From assembly GCA_963734775.1 (NCBI GenBank), contig CAVTJE010000023.1:65662-89661 (forward strand): a stretch of 24,000 nt of DNA. Reading direction: 5' to 3'. Made by a program: the position numbers and the translations under genes. The notes beneath the pieces are model-generated. The model was given only the letters and a program-made list of their open reading frames with translations. It did not search any database and was not told where the DNA came from. Below are positions 1 to 9,429 of this stretch, piece by piece (position 1 is the first letter of the stretch; each line of letters opens with the position of its first letter). Source of the DNA: an uncultured Solirubrobacterales bacterium. GTDB lineage: Bacteria; Actinomycetota; Thermoleophilia; Solirubrobacterales; Solirubrobacteraceae.

Positions 1-12
1 TCATTGTGCTTT

Positions 13-828
13 TCAGGCCGCCGCTGCCGCCACGAGATCCTCGAGCAGGTGGGTCCGGCGAGGAGACGAGGGATCCAGGCGCTCGTCACCATCGTAAGTG
101 TGCAGCAGATGCGCGGGGGGAAGCTCGATCATCTCGGGTCGTAACCTCGGCCGAAAGCCGTGCCAGCCCAAAGCCAGCGTCTCGGCCGCAAACGGGCGGT
201 GCCGGACGTACTTTTCGATGGCGTGTGCCCGGCTGAGGTACAGGTAGTGACGCATGTACAGTGAGGACGGGGCCATGGCAAGACCATCAAAGCGCACGCG
301 GTGTCCGCCCGACCACGCCAGCTCGACCGGTCCGTCCTGTCGTTTGAAGGCGTTGAGCCGATGGGGAAACGCGGGTGCGAATGAGTAATACGAGCGCATG
401 GTGCGCTGGTAGTGAGGATGATCGTGGTCCGGCGCCTCCCGCGTAGGGGTGAATGTGAACTCGAGAAAATTCACAGCGTTGAAGCCGGCTCGATCGAAAT
501 CGGTCAGTGCCTGTGCCAGCGACTTGCCCGGGTCGGGCGCGACCCGAACCTCGTCGATGTCATGGTGAATCAACCAGTCGGCATCAAGGTCGGCGGCGAG
601 CCTCTCCTTGCGGCGACAAATGTCGTGCCAGTTGTGAATCTCGTGCGGCGCCAGCACCTCGATCTCGCTAACCCCTCGCCCGAGATAGCGCTCGGCAATG
701 CTGACGGTCGCGTCGGTTGAGGCGTCGTCGATCAGGTGGACGTCGATGCCGTTGGCTCGCAGGTGCTCGATACAGCCGGCGATGAAACGCTCCCCGTTGT
801 AGACCTGGATGATGGCGACGATCCGCAT
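13..828 (-). CDS. Glycosyltransferase family 2-like protein
   Basis: ORF 13..900(-). The internal Met (MRIVAIIQVYNGERFIAGCIEHL...HLIDDASTDAT, later HHDIDE) looks like a GT2 N-terminal nucleotide-sugar fold. The ATG at 828 overlaps the upstream gene's stop as TGATG (826-830), which supports this start. Confidence 0.75.
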   Translation of the reverse strand: MRIVAIIQVYNGERFIAGCIEHLRANGIDVHLIDDASTDATVSIAERYLGRGVSEIEVLAPHEIHNWHDICRRKERLAADLDADWLIHHDIDEVRVAPDPGKSLAQALTDFDRAGFNAVNFLEFTFTPTREAPDHDHPHYQRTMRSYYSFAPAFPHRLNAFKRQDGPVELAWSGGHRVRFDGLAMAPSSLYMRHYLYLSRAHAIEKYVRHRPFAAETLALGWHGFRPRLRPEMIELPPAHLLHTYDGDERLDPSSPRRTHLLEDLVAAAAA

Positions 829-1649
829 CAAGCCCGCGCCGATCGAGCCAGGCCGAGTACGCTGCCACGCTGTGCCGGGCGCGTCGCGGCACGGAAGCAT
901 CGGCGATACATCCAGCGGTTGCGCAGCGGAGCGGTCCCGCGCGAAGCCTTCGCCCGCTGCCGCCAGAGCGCAGGGTCGATCGCCGGCATGGCCAGCTCGC
1001 GCAACTCCGCCGGCACGGCCAGGAAATCGGCCAGGCGCGTCACCTCGCGGTTCCCGCGCGTGAGGAGTTGCCGGTGGTCAACGACGAGGCGGGGTGAGCC
1101 GGCCGTGTGATGGAGAGCCGCCTTGAAGTAACTCATCCAAAGAACCGCCCAGTCACGCTCGGTGTAGCCCTGCGGCGGTTCTGTCGGTGGCCGCTCCGAG
1201 CGACGCCGCAGCGACGCCGCCACTTCGGCCGGATGACGGACGCAGACGATGTACTGCACCGGACCAATCAGATCACGCCAGAACGGCAGCGTGATGGACA
1301 GCCGCGGGTCCTTGATCGCCCAGCGGTCGGTCTGGAAACGCCCCAGCTCGGCCCGCGCGCGGGCGCGCAGCGCCTCGAGGTCGTGGCTGCGTTCCCACCC
1401 CGGACGAAGCGTGGGGGGGTTCCACCATGTGCCGCCCAGCGCCTCGAGGAGCAACTCGTTGATCGACCAGATCTCCCAGCGCTCGAAAAAGCCCGCCGGA
1501 TTGTCATCTGGATGTGGCGGCATGAGCCCTTCCGGAGGTCCGAGATCGAAGCCCATGTCGCTCACGAGCTTCGCGACCAGCGATGTCCCGCACCGGTGCA
1601 TCCCCACGATGACGACCGGCGATCGCCCACGGACAGTGCTCTTCCGCAC
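828..1649 (-). CDS. Sulfotransferase family protein
   Basis: ORF 828..1649(-), GTG start. The N-terminal VVIVGMHRCGTSLV matches the PAPS 5'-phosphosulfate-binding loop (GMHRSGTS-type) of bacterial sulfotransferases. It is translationally coupled to the downstream GT2 gene. Confidence 0.7.
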   Translation of the reverse strand: MRKSTVRGRSPVVIVGMHRCGTSLVAKLVSDMGFDLGPPEGLMPPHPDDNPAGFFERWEIWSINELLLEALGGTWWNPPTLRPGWERSHDLEALRARARAELGRFQTDRWAIKDPRLSITLPFWRDLIGPVQYIVCVRHPAEVAASLRRRSERPPTEPPQGYTERDWAVLWMSYFKAALHHTAGSPRLVVDHRQLLTRGNREVTRLADFLAVPAELRELAMPAIDPALWRQRAKASRGTAPLRNRWMYRRCFRAATRPAQRGSVLGLARSARA

Positions 1650-1717
1650 AGGGCGATTCTGGAGTAACTCTCGGACGGCACTGCGGAAAGCGCTGGTTTT
1701 GCAGCTACTTTCTTGAG

Positions 1718-1791
<74 letters not shown>

Positions 1792-1876
1792 TGGCCTCAG
1801 GGGCGCCGGCTTGGGCACGGCGTGTCGCCGACCCATGTTATCCGTGCGCGCGATCGGGGGCTGGGCGGGCGGGCGG

Positions 1877-2761
1877 TCAGGCTGCGCGGCGGCCCTGGAG
1901 CCGGCGTGCCAGGTCGAGGGCGGCGTCCAGCGACTCGAAGGTGACCTGGGCGCGGTACCCGCGTCCCGGGACGGGCGTGACGTCGACGTCGGCGCCCAGC
2001 ACCTCCCCCAGGGCGTCGGCAATCTGCTCGATCGCCGCCGCCTGGTCGGGATGAAGAACACGACCACGACGGCTTGCCTTGCCCTGTGGCTTCGGGGCGG
2101 CGCCGGCGCGTGCCCGTGTCTCGAGCTCGCGCACCGACCACCGGCCGGCGACGGCGTCGCGCGCCAGGCGGCGGCGGGTGGGGTGATCCTCGGCCAGCAG
2201 CAGGGCGCGGCCGTGGCCCTCGCTCAGATCACCGGCCTCGATCAGCTCGAGCGCTTCGTCGGGCAGTTCGAGGAGCCGGATCAGGTTGGACACGGCGACA
2301 CGGCTTCGGCCGACCCGGAGACCGACCTCTTCGCGCGTCAGGCCGAGCTCGTCGGTCAGCGCCGCGCAGGCCCGTGCCTCCTCGATCGGGTTGAGGTCCT
2401 CGCGGGCCATGTTCTCGACCAGCGCCACCTCGAGCGAGGTCGCGTCGTCGTGGTGTCGGACGATGGCGGGAACGTCCTCGACCTCGGCCAGCTGCGCCGC
2501 CCGCCAGCGGCGCTCGCCGGCGATGAGCTCGTAGCGGCCGCCGACGAGTGGGCGGACGAGAACGGGCTGGAGCACGCCCCGGGCCTGGATCGAGTCGGCC
2601 AGCCCTAGCAGCGTCTCCTCGTCGAAGGACCGACGCGGCTGGTGCGGGTTGGGCGCGATCAGCTCGACCGGGATCTGCCGATACTCCTCCGGCTCTTCCT
2701 TGGGCACGGCCGAGAGGATGGCCGCCAGTCCGCGGCCCATGCCCTTCTGTCGCTCAGCCAC
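1877..2761 (-). CDS. parB: Chromosome partitioning protein ParB/Spo0J
   Basis: GRGLAAIL N-terminus, IAPNPHQPRR and ELIAGERRWRAA ParB-box motifs. The GTG start at 2761 is preceded by AAGGAGG and overlaps the parA stop (GTGGCTGA). Confidence 0.93.
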   Translation of the reverse strand: MAERQKGMGRGLAAILSAVPKEEPEEYRQIPVELIAPNPHQPRRSFDEETLLGLADSIQARGVLQPVLVRPLVGGRYELIAGERRWRAAQLAEVEDVPAIVRHHDDATSLEVALVENMAREDLNPIEEARACAALTDELGLTREEVGLRVGRSRVAVSNLIRLLELPDEALELIEAGDLSEGHGRALLLAEDHPTRRRLARDAVAGRWSVRELETRARAGAAPKPQGKASRRGRVLHPDQAAAIEQIADALGEVLGADVDVTPVPGRGYRAQVTFESLDAALDLARRLQGRRAA

Positions 2762-3512
2762 GAGCGGCCACCTCCTTTGCGAGCTCGAAGTACGCGTCGG
2801 CGCCGGCGCAGTGGGGATCGTGGTGAATGACCGGCTTGCCGAAGCTCGGCGATTCCCCGATCCGCACGTTCCGCGGGATCACCGTATCGAACACCAGTTC
2901 CGGAAAGTGCTCGCGCACCTCGCGTTCCACGTCCTGGGCAAGCCGTGTGCGGCCGTCGTGCATGGTGAGCAGCATCCCGGCCACGGTCAGGCGGGGATTG
3001 AGCTCGCGCTGGACGAGCGAGAGCGTGTCGAGTAGCCCGGCCAGCCCCTCGAGCGCGAAATATTCGGCCTGGACGGGGACGATGACGCGGTCCGCGGCCA
3101 CCAGTGCGTTGATGGTCAGCGGCCCGAGCGACGGTGGGCAGTCGAGAAGGACGAATGCGTAGCGCTCCCGGATGGCCTCGACGGCATGGCGCAGGCGCGT
3201 TTCGGACCCAGGCTCGCGTGGAAGTTCCACCGTCGCGCCGGCCAGGTCGGGACCGGCCGGGGCGAGCGCCAGGTGCTCGACGGCGGTCGGCACGATCACA
3301 TCCTCGAGCGGTGTCGATCCGACGAGAACGTCGTAGACCGTGAGCGAGCGATCCTTTCCGATCCCCAGCCCGAGCGTCGCGTTGCACTGGGGATCGACGT
3401 CCACCACCAGTGCCTCGTAGCCGGCCTCGGCCACGCACGCGGCCAGGTTCACGGCCGTGGTCGTCTTGCCGACGCCGCCCTTCTGGTTGGCGATCGCGTA
3501 CACGGTCCCCAT
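2754..3512 (-). CDS. parA: ParA/Soj partitioning ATPase
   Basis: Deviant Walker A motif AIANQKGGVGKTTTAVNLAA; 252 aa; located directly upstream of parB. Confidence 0.93.
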   Translation of the reverse strand: MGTVYAIANQKGGVGKTTTAVNLAACVAEAGYEALVVDVDPQCNATLGLGIGKDRSLTVYDVLVGSTPLEDVIVPTAVEHLALAPAGPDLAGATVELPREPGSETRLRHAVEAIRERYAFVLLDCPPSLGPLTINALVAADRVIVPVQAEYFALEGLAGLLDTLSLVQRELNPRLTVAGMLLTMHDGRTRLAQDVEREVREHFPELVFDTVIPRNVRIGESPSFGKPVIHHDPHCAGADAYFELAKEVAARG

Positions 3513-3597
3513 CGTGCTCGTGAAGCTACCGGCGACGGCGGTCAGATGTCGCGCGACGGCCGGCGCAAGCGGCGGCCGATCACGGCCCCCGACGAGG

Positions 3598-4317
3598 TCA
3601 GCCGAGCGGTCGTTTGGCCGCCATCCCTGGGCGCCGTGGAAAGCGCTCGGGCGTCAGTCTCACCTTCAACATCAGGTGGAGGTATCGGTTCTCGGCGGCG
3701 GCATAGGGCTTGACCGGGCGGACGTCGGCTACCTCGAGGCCCAGCTCTTCGGCGGCGGCCGTCGCAGCCCGTTCGCCGGCGGGGTCGCGGCGGCCTCGCC
3801 AGGCGACCAGCGCCCCGCCCACGCGGAGGAGCGGGGCTGCGTACTCGGCCACCACGGCGAGGGGCGCCAGGGCGCGAGCCGTCACCAGATCGAGGCTGTC
3901 AAGCCCGTCCCGCCATTCCTCGGCGCGGGCCCGGACGCAGTACGCGTTCTCGGCGCGGGAGGCGTGGACGGCAAGGTCCAGGAAGTCCACTTTTCGCGCG
4001 TTGCTCTCGACCAGCGCCACACGGCTGTCGGGGCGGGCGATGGCCAGCGGAAGGCCCGGAAACCCCGCTCCCGAGCCCAGATCGGCGATTGACGTCGCCT
4101 CGAGCACCTGCGGCAACTCGAGCGCCACGAGCGAGTCGGCGAGATGGTCGTCGAGCGCCCGAAGGGGGTCGCGGACCGTGGTGGGGGCGCGGTCATCCTC
4201 GACCAGGAGGTCGAGGAGCGCGACCATCTGTTCGACCGCCGCCGGCGGCAGCTCGTGGCTCGCGACCAATCCTCGCACCCCCGCCACTACCTCGTCGGCG
4301 ACCCGGGCCCTAGCCAT
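3598..4317 (-). CDS. rsmG: 16S rRNA (guanine527-N7)-methyltransferase RsmG (GidB)
   Basis: SAM motif DLGSGAGFPGLPLAI; 239 aa; conserved position upstream of parAB. Confidence 0.88.
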   Translation of the reverse strand: MARARVADEVVAGVRGLVASHELPPAAVEQMVALLDLLVEDDRAPTTVRDPLRALDDHLADSLVALELPQVLEATSIADLGSGAGFPGLPLAIARPDSRVALVESNARKVDFLDLAVHASRAENAYCVRARAEEWRDGLDSLDLVTARALAPLAVVAEYAAPLLRVGGALVAWRGRRDPAGERAATAAAEELGLEVADVRPVKPYAAAENRYLHLMLKVRLTPERFPRRPGMAAKRPLG

Positions 4318-4323
4318 GGCGCC

Positions 4324-4689
4324 TCACTCCTCGAGCCGCGCCTGTTCGCGCGAGATGTACGCGGCGTAGCGCTCTCGCATCACGTGGAGCCGCTCCGCGG
4401 CATAACCGTCAAGTCCAGGATGAAGCTCTTGCTCGAGCAGAGGCAGAACGTCCCTCACCAGCACCTGCCCGCGAGCCATCCATTGGTAGTAGGAGCGCCC
4501 GCCGTGGTGATAGGGCCCGTAAAGCTTGGTCGCGGGCAGGCGCTCGACCAGCCAGGTGAACAGCGCCTCGTGGCGCACGTGCATCCGCAGCGTGACCTGC
4601 GGCTGCTTGCCGTCGCCGCCAAATGAGCCTTCGCCGATGAGCAGGCCGACGATGACGCCGCGGTCGAATTCCGACAGTGGTTCTGTCAT
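4324..4689 (-). CDS. Small LAGLIDADG-like domain protein (121 aa)
   Basis: A single motif VIVGLLIGEGSFGG lies near the N-terminus (LAGLIDADG pattern, with Glu at the acidic position). The stop is 6 nt before the rsmG ATG. GC3-rich codons. The family call is from motif recognition only. Confidence 0.55.
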   Translation of the reverse strand: MTEPLSEFDRGVIVGLLIGEGSFGGDGKQPQVTLRMHVRHEALFTWLVERLPATKLYGPYHHGGRSYYQWMARGQVLVRDVLPLLEQELHPGLDGYAAERLHVMRERYAAYISREQARLEE

Positions 4690-4696
4690 CGATGGA

Positions 4697-4740
4697 GTTG
4701 TAGCGCCCGCGTTGTTTCACCGTCAAGAAAAACGTGAAAC
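4697..4740 (-). promoter_or_regulatory. Candidate promoter/operator upstream of the LAGLIDADG-rsmG-parAB genes
   Basis: Perfect inverted repeat GTTTCAC-N13-GTGAAAC (4714-4740) encloses TTGACG (-35-like). After an 18-nt spacer comes TACAAC, which ends 7 nt before the ATG at 4689, geometry compatible with a leaderless mRNA. The -10 is imperfect. Confidence 0.25.
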
Positions 4741-5234
4741 GCCGGCGGGGGCCGGCGGCCGATCGCCATCCGGGGATTCAACCAGCCGCACCCCGCTGCT
4801 GCTTCCGGACAGTTGGGACAGCCCGATGAGGAGACAGGGCGTGGCTGCTCCGTCGCCGAAGCGCTCGTCGGCTCGGGGGCCGCTCCAGAAGCGAAAGCGA
4901 TCGCTGGCGAGTCGCGCGCTTTGCGCGCTAAGTGGGTGCGCCGGCCACGTCCCGACCAACGTCCAAACGCGACGCGACGCCGCGGCTCAGATCGCGCGGC
5001 ACTACTGGTCTCTCACCGCTCGCACAGTTAGCTGGGATTCGCATTCAGAGCTAGCACTGGGCTGCTGCCAGCCCGGATTGAACAGATCCGCTCGCTGCTC
5101 TAAATAGCCCAGACGGCTGCGAGGTGACCGCTGGCGGCGCCGCTGCTCTCCACGCGGCGGAGCGTCTCGCTGCGCTTCGGCCCCGGCTGGTCTCACGCGA
5201 ACTCACAAGTCGGCTGCTCTCGCCAAAATCGCCT

Positions 5235-6653
5235 TCAGGGTCGTGCTCTCACGCCGGCTGGCCGCTTGTCGGGCTTGGGCGACGGGCCGCCCAGCAGCTC
5301 CGCGACGCCACGCTCGATGCCCCGACAGAGCACCCCGATGTCAGGGGAACTGTCGCGGTCGCCGGTGACACCGAAGTTGATCCCGCCGTCATAGGAGAAG
5401 ATCGCGACGCCCACCCGCACGTTGCCGCCCAGCGGAACGAACGGAAATGCATCGAGCATGCGCCGCTCCGCGAGGTACAAGGGGTACTGCGGACCCGGGA
5501 CGTTGGTCGTGACGGTGTTGACGGCGCTCTGGGGCAGCCGCGTGGCGACCCTTCCGCCGAGCGCCAGCAGCATCGCCGGGGCAAACCCGCCGAGCGCGGT
5601 CAGCCGCTCGGCCGCGACCGCCTGACCGGACTGCTTGAGGTCCTGCATCTGCTCGTGCAGGGAATGCACTCGCTCGACGGGATCCTCGAGCCCGACCGGC
5701 AGCTCCGCGAACATCGCAGAGACCTTGTTGTTATAGCTCCCGCGCTCATCGTCGGCGCGGACCGACACGGGCACGAGCGTACGCACGACGCGCCCCTCGA
5801 CGGTCTCGCCGCGACCGAGCAGGAGGTCCCGGAAGCCACCCGTGATCACGGCGAGCACGACATCGTTGATGGTGCCACCGTGAAGCGCGCGGATCTGCTT
5901 GATGTCCACCAACCGGGCCCTCGCCCAGTCCCACCGGCGATGCGGGCCGATCGGGCCGTTGAGCGAGCTCGACGCGCCCGGAGTGAGAAGCGTTCGCATG
6001 TTCACGAAACCTCGGGCGGCCTCGCCGGCTTGCCGAGCGACGCGACGCGGACCGCGCGCGGCCGACAGCACGGTCCGCAACCCCTCGTAGGGACTGGCCG
6101 CACGCTGCGCCAGCGCATGAGCCACCAGCGCAGCCGAGTTCGGCTCGGGGGCAGGCTCCCAGCCATCTTCGGCAGCCGTCGTCGACTCACGCTCCTTGCT
6201 CAGGAGCACGCTCATCAGGTCCGTCCCCGAGACACCGTCGACCATGCAATGGTGCACCTTTGAGATCAGCGCCCAGCGGCCGTCGTCGAGCCCCTCCGCA
6301 ACCCACATCTCCCACAGCGGCTTTGCGCGATCCAGCTGCTGGGACATCACCCGCCCGACCAGATTTCGCAGCTCGTCGTCGCCACCAGGCGCCGGAAGTG
6401 CCGTGCGCCGCACGTGGTACTCGAGGTTGAAGTGTGGATCGTCCACCCACGCCGGGCGGCCGAGCGCCAGCGGCACGAAGCGAACCTTCTGCCGGTATCG
6501 AGGGACCAGCGGTAACCGAGCGGCAACCGCCGACTGCACCCGCCCCGGACCCGGCGCCGGGCCCTCGAAGAGCCCCACCGAGCCGATGTGCATGTGCGTC
6601 ACTGCGTCCTCGATGTGGAGAAATGACGCGTCGAGGGGGCTCATCATCTCCAT
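5235..6653 (-). CDS. Wax ester synthase/diacylglycerol acyltransferase (WS/DGAT)
   Basis: Catalytic HHCMVDGVSG (HHxxxDG) motif and an N-terminus MSPLDASFLHIED typical of actinobacterial Tgs proteins. The start at ATG 6653 was chosen because GGAGGAG lies 8 nt upstream. The longer ORF to 6782 is probably a GC-rich extension. Confidence 0.88.
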   Translation of the reverse strand: MEMMSPLDASFLHIEDAVTHMHIGSVGLFEGPAPGPGRVQSAVAARLPLVPRYRQKVRFVPLALGRPAWVDDPHFNLEYHVRRTALPAPGGDDELRNLVGRVMSQQLDRAKPLWEMWVAEGLDDGRWALISKVHHCMVDGVSGTDLMSVLLSKERESTTAAEDGWEPAPEPNSAALVAHALAQRAASPYEGLRTVLSAARGPRRVARQAGEAARGFVNMRTLLTPGASSSLNGPIGPHRRWDWARARLVDIKQIRALHGGTINDVVLAVITGGFRDLLLGRGETVEGRVVRTLVPVSVRADDERGSYNNKVSAMFAELPVGLEDPVERVHSLHEQMQDLKQSGQAVAAERLTALGGFAPAMLLALGGRVATRLPQSAVNTVTTNVPGPQYPLYLAERRMLDAFPFVPLGGNVRVGVAIFSYDGGINFGVTGDRDSSPDIGVLCRGIERGVAELLGGPSPKPDKRPAGVRARP

Positions 6654-7078
6654 TTGGCGATCTCCTCCGCTGGTCGGCCGGTCGGCTGGTTGAAACCTAG
6701 CGCGGAAAACTTGTATCAAGCCGGCGCTCCGGTCCCGGATCCAGCCGGCCGGGGAATTGCGCTGGCAGCACGCCGGCTTCAACTGCTGGCGCTAGAGGCC
6801 GCAGACGAGGCGTAGCGACGAGACGCCGCCAGGGCCGGACTCACTTTCGACGAACCACCTCGCGGCGATCGCGTACGGCGTACACGAGCAACTCGTCGTC
6901 GAGCAAGCCACAACGCGGGTTGGACTTGCCCCGTTTTCGACGACCATTGGACGCTTCCGGGCGTAAGCGGGGAAAGTCCAGAGCATCAACCGGGCGCCCG
7001 GCCTGGGCGAATGGGAAAGCGCTCGCATGTCGGGGCCGACCGGCGTGTTCGATGCGATCATGGGAGATGTGATGTCGA

Positions 7079-7525
7079 GTGCCTGAGCTCAGCGGCCGGG
7101 AGCTGCTAGGCGAGTGGCGGAAGCTGATGGATTCCGTGGTCGCCTCCGCAGCGTCGGTCGGCGGCCGTGCAGAGCTTCCGCGTCAGCTGCTCGAGCCGAT
7201 GCAACGCCAACTGGAGCTTGTGCAGGAGGTGATCGAGCGCGAACGCAGACTCCAGACGCAGTTGGCGGGTCACCTGCTCGCGCCGGTCGACGTGATCCTT
7301 GACCTGCTCGATGAGAGCGGGTCGATGTTGCGCAGGCAGGCGGAAGCGTTGGAGGCTGCCGGGCGCGCGCTTGAGGAGACTGCCGGGCTCGTAAAGAACC
7401 AGGCCGAGCTGTTCGAACGAACAATCGGCGTGCTGCGCGAACCGGCCGAGCGCGCACGGGCAGCTGCGGGACTCGATCGACGCGAACGCAAGCGCGGCGG
7501 TCGTCAATCCCATCGTGGCCCTTAG
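7079..7525 (+). CDS. Hypothetical Glu/Leu/Arg-rich coiled-coil protein
   Basis: 148-aa ORF, GTG start with GGAG about 12 nt upstream, and a natural-looking helical composition. An overlapping antisense ORF (7106..7777) has similar GC3, so the strand choice rests on composition only. Confidence 0.5.
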   Translation: MPELSGRELLGEWRKLMDSVVASAASVGGRAELPRQLLEPMQRQLELVQEVIERERRLQTQLAGHLLAPVDVILDLLDESGSMLRRQAEALEAAGRALEETAGLVKNQAELFERTIGVLREPAERARAAAGLDRRERKRGGRQSHRGP

Positions 7526-7980
7526 GCCTAGCCAACGATCGGCGAGCCGAGCTGCTGTCTCGAGCTCGCCCTTTGATTGCAGCGAGGCGATGACGTGCGC
7601 GACGAGTTGAGCGCGGAGTGGCGGCCATAGACGACGTCGTCGCTCGTGGCCCGAAGCAGCCACCGGGTCGGCACTGGCGCTCCCGTCGGGGCTGCTACCG
7701 GACACAACCAGCCGGGACGTCCTGGCCCTGACGCTCGCGCGAGGAACGAAAGCGGGTCTCGACCCGCGCGTGGGCAACTCGACGGAGCGGTATCGCAGAG
7801 TGGGAGAGCCTCGGCGCGTTGGGCCTCCTAGCCCGCGCCGATCGGCTTCGGTGATGACGATGCAGCGTTCCTGGAAGTGAGAGCTACGACGTGGTGCGCG
7901 TAGGGGTTATTTACGGTGGTCGAGCCGCAGCCGGGTGGCCTTTGGGCTGGCGTGGCCTGGGGTGGAACCATTCAGCTGGT

Positions 7981-9429
7981 TCACGGGGCTTCCCCGTCGA
8001 GTGGATGGGTCACGACTTGGCCGCTGACCCGCGGCGCGTACCAACCGGGCGCGGGAGCGAGGCGGTCGGCCTCGGTCGGGCCCCACGAGCCGCGGTCGTA
8101 CTCGTGGACGGGGGTGGCGTTGCCGAGGATCGGATCGACGATCCGCCACGCCTCCTCGATTGTCTCCTGGCTGGCGAAGAGGTCGTGCTCGCCGCGCAGC
8201 GCCGCGCTCAGCAGTCGCTGGTAGGGCGGGATGTTACGAGCGGCTTGCCGCATTGCGGTCAGCTCGATGTCCTCGACTGCGAACTGCTCCACACCCGGCT
8301 TGCGCGACTGCACCTCGAGGCCGATCACGACCTCGGGCTCGATCTGGAAGCGCAGCCGGTTGCCGTGCGGGTGCTGCGTGGGAAACAGCTTCTCGGGCGG
8401 GCGTTTTAGTTCGACGATGATCTCGGTCGCCTTCACGGGCAGGCATTTGCCCGCCCGCACGATGATCGGCACGTCGGACCAGCGCCACGTGTCGACGCGC
8501 AGTCGAATCGCGGCGTAGGTCTCGACCGTCGACGCGGGGTCGACGCCATCAGTGTCGCGGTAGCCGCGATACTGGCCGCGCACGACGTCGCGCCTCGTGA
8601 GGGTGCGCACGCCCCGTAGGAAGCGGGCCTTCTCCTCGCGCACCGCCTCGTCGTGATGACCGCTGAACGGGTCCATCGCGAGTAGCGTGAGCACCTGGAA
8701 GAGGTGGTTCTCGACAACGTCGCGGATCGCGCCGACACCCTCGTAGAACGCGCCCCGCGTGGAGACGTCGAAGTCCTCGGCCATCGTGATCTGGATCTGG
8801 TGCACGTGCTCGCGGTTCCAGATCGGTTCGAGGAACGCGTTCGCGAAGCGGAAGAACAGGATGTCCTCGACCGGTGACTTACCGAGGTAGTGGTCGATGC
8901 GGAAGCAGCGCTCTTCCGGGAACACGCGGTGCAGCGCTTGGTTCAGCGTCCGCGACGACTCCAGATCGCGTCCAAACGGTTTTTCGACGACGACGCGCCC
9001 GCGCTCTGCAAGGCCCACGTTGCCGAGGTGGTCGATGACCGTCGGGAACAGCTCAGGCGGGATTGCGAGGTAATGGACCGGGCACGTGGCGGCCCCGAGC
9101 GCGTCGCGCAGCGCGACGTACGTCCGCGGATCGTCGTAGGTGCCCCAGACATAGCGGACGAGCGCAGAAAGCTTCTCGTGAGCCGCGGGATCGAGTCCCT
9201 CCGCGCAGGCCAAGAGGCTGTTCCTCATCCGCTCGTCGAGCTTCTCAGCGGTCCAGTGATCACGTGCGACGCCGACGACTGGCACCTTCAGCTCGTCCGC
9301 CTGGACCATGCGCTGCAGCGCCGGGATGATGTGCTTGAACGCCAAGTCGCCAGTGATCCCGAAGACGACAATCGCGTCGCCCTGCTCGCGCTTCCGGCTC
9401 ACGCTAGCCCCCGGCCAGCCGCCCGTCAT
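7981..9429 (-). CDS. zwf: Glucose-6-phosphate dehydrogenase
   Basis: Motifs [18 protein letters not shown] (NADP-binding) and RIDHYLGK (active site). Start set at ATG 9429; GTG 9402 is an alternative. The 135-codon upstream extension of the ORF looks non-coding. Confidence 0.88.
   Translation of the reverse strand: MTGGWPGASVSRKREQGDAIVVFGITGDLAFKHIIPALQRMVQADELKVPVVGVARDHWTAEKLDERMRNSLLACAEGLDPAAHEKLSALVRYVWGTYDDPRTYVALRDALGAATCPVHYLAIPPELFPTVIDHLGNVGLAERGRVVVEKPFGRDLESSRTLNQALHRVFPEERCFRIDHYLGKSPVEDILFFRFANAFLEPIWNREHVHQIQITMAEDFDVSTRGAFYEGVGAIRDVVENHLFQVLTLLAMDPFSGHHDEAVREEKARFLRGVRTLTRRDVVRGQYRGYRDTDGVDPASTVETYAAIRLRVDTWRWSDVPIIVRAGKCLPVKATEIIVELKRPPEKLFPTQHPHGNRLRFQIEPEVVIGLEVQSRKPGVEQFAVEDIELTAMRQAARNIPPYQRLLSAALRGEHDLFASQETIEEAWRIVDPILGNATPVHEYDRGSWGPTEADRLAPAPGWYAPRVSGQVVTHPLDGEAP

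Noticed and set aside
4785-4830. The minus-strand string GTCCGGAAGCAGCAGC resembles the SRP (4.5S) RNA domain IV GGAA tetraloop region.
   Set aside because: The flanking bases do not form the conserved symmetric and asymmetric loops or the closing helix (CC/GC mismatch next to the loop). No complementary 5'/3' helix was found.
4690-5234. Possible oriC, given the neighbouring parAB/rsmG genes.
   Set aside because: No cluster of DnaA boxes (TTGTCCACA-like) and no AT-rich unwinding element were seen, and dnaA/dnaN are not in the window.
6960-6990. GGGGAAAGTCCAGAGC resembles RNase P RNA conserved region I (GGAAAGUCCGGGC).
   Set aside because: The match is only partial, and none of the other conserved RNase P regions (P4 3' strand ACAGAA.CCGGCUUA, GGGUGAAA-type loops) are nearby on either strand.
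6792-7061. 89-aa minus-strand ORF in the WS/DGAT-7079 divergent intergenic region.
   Set aside because: Mixed codon bias, Cys/Ser/Thr-rich odd composition, no RBS and no motif. It is probably non-coding promoter DNA.
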